DNA of 25,386 nt from Tubiluchus corallicola. Taxonomy: Eukaryota > Animalia > Priapulida. Of this stretch, positions 17,850-25,386 are shown piece after piece. Position 1 is the stretch's first letter. Each line of letters begins with the position of its first letter. The notes beneath the pieces are model-generated. The model searched no databases. It worked only from the letters and a program-made list of their open reading frames with translations, and had not been told where the DNA came from. The stretch is from positions 1-25,386 of the forward strand of contig JAQGDQ010001792.1 of the NCBI GenBank assembly GCA_030141605.1, in the 5' to 3' direction. Made by a program: the position numbers and the translations under genes.

Positions 17850-20721
17850 ATGGATATCACATATACAATGAATGCAGTTATCTTGGCTGGTTTGCTATTG
17901 CTGCTGGTTACTTTGTGTGGTTCAAGCGCAGTTAATGAGACTGGATACGCCACACTCCTCAGGGCAGCACAGGTAAGTGTTTAGCACAAACCATAATTCA
18001 AGTATTTTCAATAAACTTATTTTTAGTTCCAGCAACTGATGGTGATCTTTAAAGGTCAAAAGTTAAGCATACCAGACAATTTCTGGCAGCCACGGGTTTC
18101 CTGTAACAGCCTTTATATTTGCTTTACCATTGTCTCAGGTTTCATGGGAAGGCTAGATAACAATGACTATTAGGCCTTTATACTCATGCATGTCAGTGAT
18201 GAAGAATTTCGTGCAACAGAGAAATGAGAGCGAGGCGGTCTTAACAGCTGAAAGTAAACATTTTCTTTTTTCAAATATTTCATCTACCAATTACAATTTA
18301 CTGTTCTCAGACTTTATTGAGTCGAAACAGGAAAGTGCCATCCTCAACTACGATATGCGAAAACAACTTACTTTTAAAACACCAAAATATGTTTTAAATT
18401 ATAGTTTATCAGTGCAAAGTCCACTTGGGGCTAGTTGTAATGGGCAATATAGCCATTTTACTAATTATACATGTTGCAATTACGATTTTAACGATTCCAG
18501 TTACTAATCCATCACCTATCTGCAATTACCATTACAGTTTATTCAACATTTCTTTTTTTATTATTGATAAAAAATTGATTAGAATTAAATTTATTGCTAG
18601 ACATTATATTTAACAATTTTGTTGTTGAAAGTTTGACTGGTACTTTTCAGACAAAACAAATGAAATTTCTCTGTTCTGGAATGGTTGCCATGTTGTATTT
18701 GTGTATTGGCTTGTTTCTATACTTATCGGTACAATTGATCTTGGTTCATTGAAAACAAATCTCGCCTGATAACGGAATATAACTACCACTATTTCAACGG
18801 GCCCCAGGCTGAGTTACAACGTACTTCGAGTGAGGAGCTTGTAGTTGCATTTTTGTTTTCTTGATATCTCTATCACTTTGTAACCATTTACTATGTTATT
18901 GGCAACATGTGTACAGGCTTTGTGTACCTTGTCTTGGTGTTAGTCTATGACATGGTCACTAAGCGTTTATGTATTTGCAAAAGGAAATATGCGAAATGGT
19001 ACAGCCTTCCCAGGTGTCCCCTACTAAGAGTTTTTACAGTTAGCTAAAACCTAACCGAGTTTATTTTTTCTTGTTCACAAGCAAGATTCTGCCAGTAAAT
19101 CACTCTGTGCAGAGACTAATGCAAAAGTTACTGAACTGTTGCAGCAGACGGCTTTGTTTTAAACATATGTCACCCGACTGTAGTAATTAAGACGCATTGC
19201 CACGATAAACCTAACCTTTGATCAACAGCAACCGTTGTCAAAGTGTCAAAGCAGAGTGTTAAAAAGCCTTGAAGAGCAATCCTAGCAGCATTTCTCATGA
19301 AAATGAAACGTTTTTTTCTATGGGGAATTTCATAGTGAGGACGCGAGGCGAAATTCTTCTTCTAGTTCATCATGAGGAAATCTTCCACCCATTAGAAGAC
19401 ATGCGTCCTCCTCATGAGTAACTTTGTTGCATGATAGAAATGCTGCACATTCCCTTTCATCCTTGCAGAATTCAATCTTCAATTTAAATACTCAATTACT
19501 TATTTCTTATTTAATGAACAACAGTTAATACATTTTAGTGTAAAATTCTAATATTTAATATTTCGTTTAACAGATTTTGTGTGTTATCAATGCAGCTTCG
19601 ATGGCAGCAACTCTTCTGCTAGCGCAAGCTCTGTATGCTATAAGACCGTATGTAAGTGATATAAATTTCGAAACGAAATAAAGCTTTATTTACGAAAAAT
19701 GTTTTTTCTGCTTCTAGGGTGATACTAGATCGTGTGGTGCTTGCTGCTTAAATGGTGGTCAGTACCACAATGGACACTGTTACAATTTCCATTTCAAACA
19801 TATTACTTTCTGGAGGGCTGTGGTCAGCTGCAAGATGACAGGAGGTAATCTGGTTGCCGTAGACACAGCCAAAGAACTGCAGTTCTTAAAGAATTTCCTG
19901 CCTGTTAGTAGTAAGTAATTTAAATTATCTCTTTTTTACTCAGAGCTGACTACAAGTCCTGTCTGATTTATTAAACACAAGGAAGAGCTGTCCAATGTCT
20001 ATGTATAAACTAGTAGGGTTAGGACTTAGCTGATTAACAAGATTAGATTGGACAGGATCAGGTCGGATTAGATTGCATTGGAGAAGGTTAAGCGAAGAGA
20101 GGTTAGCTACTGTTAGGTAAGATTGTATTAGATTAAAGTGAGTTAGATCACATCATCATTGTTAATGGCCAAGGGTTCGTACATCTCAATTGCATCTGCA
20201 GTTGTGTATCAATGTCCTTTATTTTCAGTTAAATCTACTGTTAAATCGTTAGCAAATCTGTCAAATATTGCTTGTCATCTTATGAAATTATTACTGTCCA
20301 AACTAATCTGATGTGATCTGTTCTGATCTGATCTGATCCGAGCCGAACTGATCCGATCCAATCCAATCCATCCTATCCCAACCTAACCTAACTTAACCCA
20401 AGATAAAATAGCTTGTCAATTTATTTTTGTTTTTTCATCCTCCCTAAATGTAATTTATCTCATCGACACTTAAATTTGCAATTTTTCACTGTAGCTTCCA
20501 ACAAGGCGGGTGGCTTGTGGATTGGTGCAACTGATTACCTCAAAGAAAAGGAATGGAGATGGATAGCCAATGGTCAAGCCCTCGAAGTTAATGGCTGGCT
20601 GAATACAGCTAACAGCGATGCACGAAATTGTGCTGTTATGTTATTTGAAACATTGAAGTGGGACGACGCTAATTGTGATGCAAATCAGAGGGGATTTATC
20701 TGTGAATCTGATGCTACATAA
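17850..20721 (+). CDS. Secreted C-type lectin, copy 2: exons 17850-17972, 19574-19651, 19718-19910, 20495-20721 (206 aa)
   Basis: Signal-peptide exon MDITYTMNAVILAGLLLLLVTLCGSSA; canonical AG/GTAAGT junctions with phases 0,0,1 give an open 621-nt CDS; CTLD motifs NGHCY, WIGATD, WRW, WDDANC, FICE; AATAAA 21396-21401. Exon 2 is the least certain. Confidence 0.88.
19020..19270 (+). repeat. Diverged copy of a ~280-bp interspersed repeat also at ~16290-16566 and ~23395-23669
   Basis: Shared collinear motifs TTTTCTTGTTC(A)CAAGCAAGAT, AGACTAA, AGTTACTGAACTG, CA(T/C)ATGTCA, TAACCTTT, AGTGT..AAA.GC.TT. Confidence 0.75.
20012..20398. repeat. Pentamer-based inverted repeat in lectin copy 2 intron 3
   Basis: Homologous to 14540-14780 with ~120 bp extra central sequence (~20125-20248). 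Confidence 0.8.
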
Positions 20722-21984
20722 ATCAAGGTTTCTCTCAGTGGAAGAACTGTGTGGTTATAGTTTATGTGCAAATGTTCATACACTTCATTCGTTTTTCTGG
20801 ATGCATTGGGAAACAAAACGATGGTTTTATTCAACTTATAACAATGTTACAATGTTAGATTTTAAACAGAAAATATTTTTGTGTTTATTACTGTATATTT
20901 TTCACAAATTCTTTCCTGTTCTGTACTGTATTTATAGTATTGGCAGTTTATAAGCCTATGTCAACAATAACGAAGAGATGTTTCAAAAGTCACAATACAC
21001 TTTGATTTCTAATTATCCTTGTAAATTTTCCTTAAAAGTGAGCAAGCTCTTTCATGAATCAAAAGGGGGATTGGGCATGTTTATTGACTTTTAACCGTTG
21101 CTATGGTAACGACAATAATCCTAAAAACGAGGTACAAAATCAGCCTAGCAAAAGGTCATTCAACCAACAACTTAAATTAATAATATTATTTTTTACCCAG
21201 GGTTTTGTTCACTGTATAAATTTTCATACTTTTTGGTTGGTTTGTTAAAAATATAGAAAATGTAAAGTGTGTAGTGACTTATAAGACACTGAATTTTAAC
21301 AAAGTAGTCTAATAAGTTTTTATCATTATTTAAATTGCCAGTTTTTGAGTGTTTCATTCTTTGTTTTCAATGTTATTTAGTTTTGTTACATTTGCAATAA
21401 ATATTTTTAAACAACAATAATAATTAGCAAATGGCTATTATTTGTGACAGTGCCAGGAAGTGAAGGTTTGCTATTTTGTTCTCTGCCATTGCTAACAGAG
21501 GTCAAACGGCAGAATACTGTTGTTCTTTTCACCAAGGCGTGCTCGTGGTCTTGCTTCCTGTACCATCAATTTTTTATACTTTCAGATTCGTTTGGAATTA
21601 TTTAACTCCTTCAGGACCACGCCATTCAAAATAGATCCTAAAATACCGATGAATTTTCTGCTACTGTATGAGCACAGACATAACTAAATGATTAAAATAA
21701 GGTACTGTTCTATTCAAGAGAGTATCCAACCGTGCTATTGGTTTAAGCATTTATAAGTGATTTAAAAGGGTGAAATTAAGAAAAACATGCCCACTTCAGG
21801 TACTCGAACTTAGCCTATTCAGTAACTTTTCCTGGCGTGATCGTACACACTAATTTATTGATGGCCTACTTGCTACAGCACAAGCTGTGTAGTGTTTTGC
21901 TGCTATATTCCATGAAAATCAACCGATCAGCCTAGGGCAAATTAAGGTCGTTTCATTTTTTAACAGGAATTTATACTCTAAAAT

Positions 21985-23386
21985 AGGGTACACTTGGGGC
22001 AAAGTGTATATGAGTGTTGTGACTGGATAGTTGACATTTTCTGCATTAGCCAATTTCACACAAGTGATACTGTACATTGTTACAGTGCAAACACTGTAGT
22101 TACTGAAAGCTTTTTTTCAATTTTTTCATTAAAAATCGATTTTTAATTTGTATAAGGTAAGCTAATGCATTTCACATATAATTTTGCATGAATGTCCCAA
22201 TGTGTGAGGAGTAGAAGCCTTATCTTATTAACAAAAATTATCAAAATAATCTATTCACTGTTTAGTGAGACAAAATTTGTGCCATTGTTTTAGCCTACAG
22301 TCCTATAATTGTCCATCCAGCAAAATGACAAGACTGCTGTTTTGTGGGACCATTAGTGGCTATCTGTTGCCGTTGATTGTTTGATCCACTTTGCATCCTT
22401 TTATGTTGTGGTTTTGCTCATGATCGTGGTGTTAGTGCATTGGTTACAAAGTTAAAAGTTAAATCGGTAGGAAATATGCCAAACTGCAGGTTTACCGTTT
22501 GACATTCAGTTATTTTAAGATAAGTCACCCTTTCTAACTTGACTGTTCCAAATGCAGCTCTATGATAAAGGATAATTTTCCCAATGAGACAAGTCTGCCA
22601 ACCTTAGAAGCAGTTTAGAAGTCTGTATTGCCAGAGACCAATGAACTAATTAGAGAGTTTACTGACTGACTGCCAGTTAGTTACTCAGTGTCTCAGCCTT
22701 TGTGACAGCCAATGCCTCACTAGACTAGAAAGAATTTTTTAAATTAGGTGACATTTTTAGTGCCACGGTTGGTACAGAAAATTACTAAGTCAGCGTCGTA
22801 ATTTTTAGCTTGGTGTCAGCCCCAACGAGGAACAAAAGAAATATACTAAAAAAATCAATAACCGTATAACACAGTACTGCCTTAGAGATTCTGTTATTAG
22901 TTTTTAGTTTTTAGGAATTCACTATTTGTACTGGCTTCAGCAATATAGCTCTAAGGCATTTGACCGTTACAAATAATTCATTCTGTTAATCTTTCTATTC
23001 ATAACTTTGTGTACTTCAGTGCACTGTCATATGACACGTGCATGAAACTGAAACGATGTGAGTCACTCCAACTGGCAAATGCCTTAGTTTTTATAGACAC
23101 ACTCTATATGGGTTGGCTACAGCGATGTACTACCTTTAGTTAACCACTGCAGTAGTATTAATACAATAGCCAATGGAGGTATGCTAAATCAATATTACTT
23201 TATTTTTTTGCACATTGTATACATATTTTCATAACGCTAGGAACGATTCGTTGTTTTATAGGAAACAATACTACATGTCATAAGCCTTTTCACAGTTCCA
23301 GGGATTGATGATGATCGTGAAACGGTCAATGATTAAGATGAAACGGTCCAAAATCTTTTGCATACACTTTACATCACCTCTCACCC
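21985..23386. mobile_element. Possible old TIR DNA element present in unit 2 and mostly missing from unit 1
   Basis: 1.4-kb block without a counterpart at ~16255-16265; left GGGTACACTTGGGGCAAAGTGTAT and right ATACACTTTACATCACCTCTCACCC form a weak inverted pair. Confidence 0.3.
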
Positions 23387-25386
23387 CGAGCTATTGTAAT
23401 AGTAACAGTTTTACCAGCTAGATAAAACTTTGATTATTTCATTTTTTTGTCCCAAGCAAGATCCTGCTGGTAAATAGGTCTACGCCAAGACTAACGGATA
23501 ATTAAGTGAGTCCACGTGAAACAACAGTAGTAACTGAACTGATGCGGCATTCGGAATTGTTTCACCCACATGTCATGTGACTATTGTAGTTAAGATATTT
23601 TGCTGTGGTACACTTAACCTTTAACCTATAACAGTTGTGCATGTGCACAATGAAAGTGTGAAAAGGCTTATCATTATTATTAATAGTACTCTCTGCACAA
23701 GTGTTTGGAATGCTAGTTTCGTGTAATCATTTATGAGATAAATAAAGACCACGTATTTTAAATAGTCAAAATTGTTTTATTGTGAACGAATTCTTTTTAT
23801 AACAATGATCTGATTACTTATACTATTGCAAGAACAATGGCTGTAAGTATGCCATTATTGCAAAACAATGCTTCTAATAATAGAACGTGCAGCAGTAATT
23901 TCAATCATATCGCATTTATTTCAAAGCTGGTGACTTGTACGTGTGGAACAAATTTTATGCAGGTAAGTATTCGAAACATTTAAATGTGGACTTTACTCGA
24001 AAATAGGATTCTCTTATTCTACCCTTTCACGGTAAAAGACAGTAAGTTATTTTTTGCAATTTTTCAGAAATAAATGAAAACATTTGTGAATCGCATCATC
24101 AAATTGGCTATAATGAGTATAAGTTAATCGTATTTTGGCAACAGTGACATAATTTCAATTAGAAAATTTAAAACTAATTTACATTTGTAACTTTTTGCTG
24201 AATTTTGTACTAGCTGTCTTTGCAGCAAGTATATGTTTTCTTGGTAAAAGACAGTAAGTCTGTTTACGTCATTCATGTTTAATTCAGCGTTAAATGAATG
24301 CATAAGTGCCATAGATTGTAATTATTAAGCAATATAGAATTCAAAGGATAAAATGTTATTTTTTATTTAAATAAATTGACTTTGTGAAGCATGCACAAGG
24401 AAGCTACTGTAAGAGACTAACGATCTGTATAGCTCAACTCGTCATTTTATGATAGAATTCGTTAGTTTTTTTCGAATTATCTTTCTAACATGTAATCTTT
24501 GTAATTAGGATCAAACACGATGCCCCAAATCACACAAAATGCTTATTAAAAACAAAGGGAAGCATTATGAAACTACACCATGATGTTATGTTTGTGTCCA
24601 AATCCACACAGTCACTACTCATGCAGAAGTTGTTATAGAACTGTCTCACATTTGTTAGGAGTCCTATCCTAGAGAAGTGGACAACGCAGCCAGTCATATC
24701 AATGACACTAGTGAGCAATATGTTAGTGTTGGACTATGATGAAGCAGAAAAAATGTCAGCTAAAAAAATTATCGTAAAGACTAGTCAAAAATGGAAAAAG
24801 CAAGCTCACCCAATAAGCTCGTGGGCAAACAATATAAATCGAAAGAAATTCAAATTTCAAATGTTTTGTTGTTGTCATGCATAAGATGTTGAATATTGTA
24901 GTACTGCAGAAACTAACACATCTTAACTAAGAGGTGTTTTTTGTGCCATGCGTTCCTAAAATGTATATGCTAGTGCTCGAGTAACTAGCAAAGAGTGAAA
25001 TGCATCATGTAACAGTGTAAACCTAATGGTAAGAACGCAAAATTGTGCTTGGGAAGAAATTGTGCTTTTATGTAAGTCATTCTTCTTTCCTTTCAATATT
25101 TTTAAATAGCCAGTGACAAAAATATCTGGCAATCTATAGTTTAAAATTTTTGCCAGTTTGTTTCGTTCATGAAGCCACAAATTGCGGCCGTTTTTTGCGC
25201 CCTGAGCCCGACTCTCCTTTTTCGACATGATGGGATAAAGATAAACAATTTTTTTAAAGAATCACCCTGAGTTGGATTTATGGTACTGCAGCAGAATAAC
25301 TCTTTTTTATGCATTATTTTTGCGAAACACAACAACCCTTAAACATTCAGCTCTAGCATTAAAACGTACCACAATTATAAGAGATA

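Larger units (their letters stand above)
7840..25386 (+). repeat. Tandem segmental duplication of a lectin-gene unit: unit 1 ~7840-16580, unit 2 ~16580-23685, unit 3 ~23685-end (partial)
   Basis: Collinear homologous blocks: 7840-8150 ~ 16580-16890 ~ 23685-24000; 8730-8955 ~ 17435-17665; 10690-11080 ~ 17772-18164; 15290-15950 ~ 21220-21890; 16265-17382 ~ 23370-24478; 8640-8730 ~ 25285-25370. Confidence 0.92.

Noticed and set aside
18163-18613. ORFs 18163-18507 and 18425-18613
   Set aside because: Lie in lectin intron 1, no motifs, not conserved in copy 1.
19574-19747. Ly6/three-finger-like reading (FVCYQCSFDG...VCYKT/GDTRSCGACC) of exon 2 using the GTATGT donor at 19648
   Set aside because: Needs a phase-1 upstream exon that was not found; copy 1 lacks that donor, and its substitutions are synonymous in the other frame. 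Not fully excluded without RNA data.
5330-20721. Diversity-generating retroelement-like system (RT near two similar C-type lectin sequences; 15 of 19 exon 4 mismatches involve adenine)
   Set aside because: Adenines are split between copies (8 in copy 1, 7 in copy 2) rather than confined to a template; both copies are intron-containing genes; the RT is a truncated Gypsy RT embedded in an LTR element.

Overview
AT-rich metazoan (probably invertebrate) genomic DNA with spliceosomal introns; the host species cannot be determined from the window. Left part: a decayed, 3'-truncated Ty3/Gypsy LTR retrotransposon of the Gmr1 type (5' LTR ~1038-1814, tRNA-Leu-type PBS, gag with SCAN-like and CCHC motifs, protease, then integrase BEFORE reverse transcriptase; no RNase H or 3' LTR). 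It is followed by a GT/CA foldback around a trinucleotide microsatellite and a single large exon encoding a short LRR-LRRCT protein with a GPI-like tail (6815-7477). From ~7840 to the end is a tandem array of ~7-9 kb units, each carrying a secreted single-domain C-type lectin gene: two gene copies (10766-15103, 17850-20721) plus the upstream flank of a third unit. By manual comparison the two lectins differ at 26 amino acids but only 6 synonymous codons in the lectin-domain exons, while the adjacent intron is more conserved, suggesting diversifying selection. Comparing units reveals copy-specific insertions: a 1545-bp solo LTR with TSD, an internally deleted Tc1/mariner element and a 241-bp palindromic MITE. 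No prokaryotic-type novel system (CRISPR, DGR) is supported; the best candidate for new biology is a rapidly evolving lectin array next to an LRR-GPI gene. All alignments and counts were done by eye.
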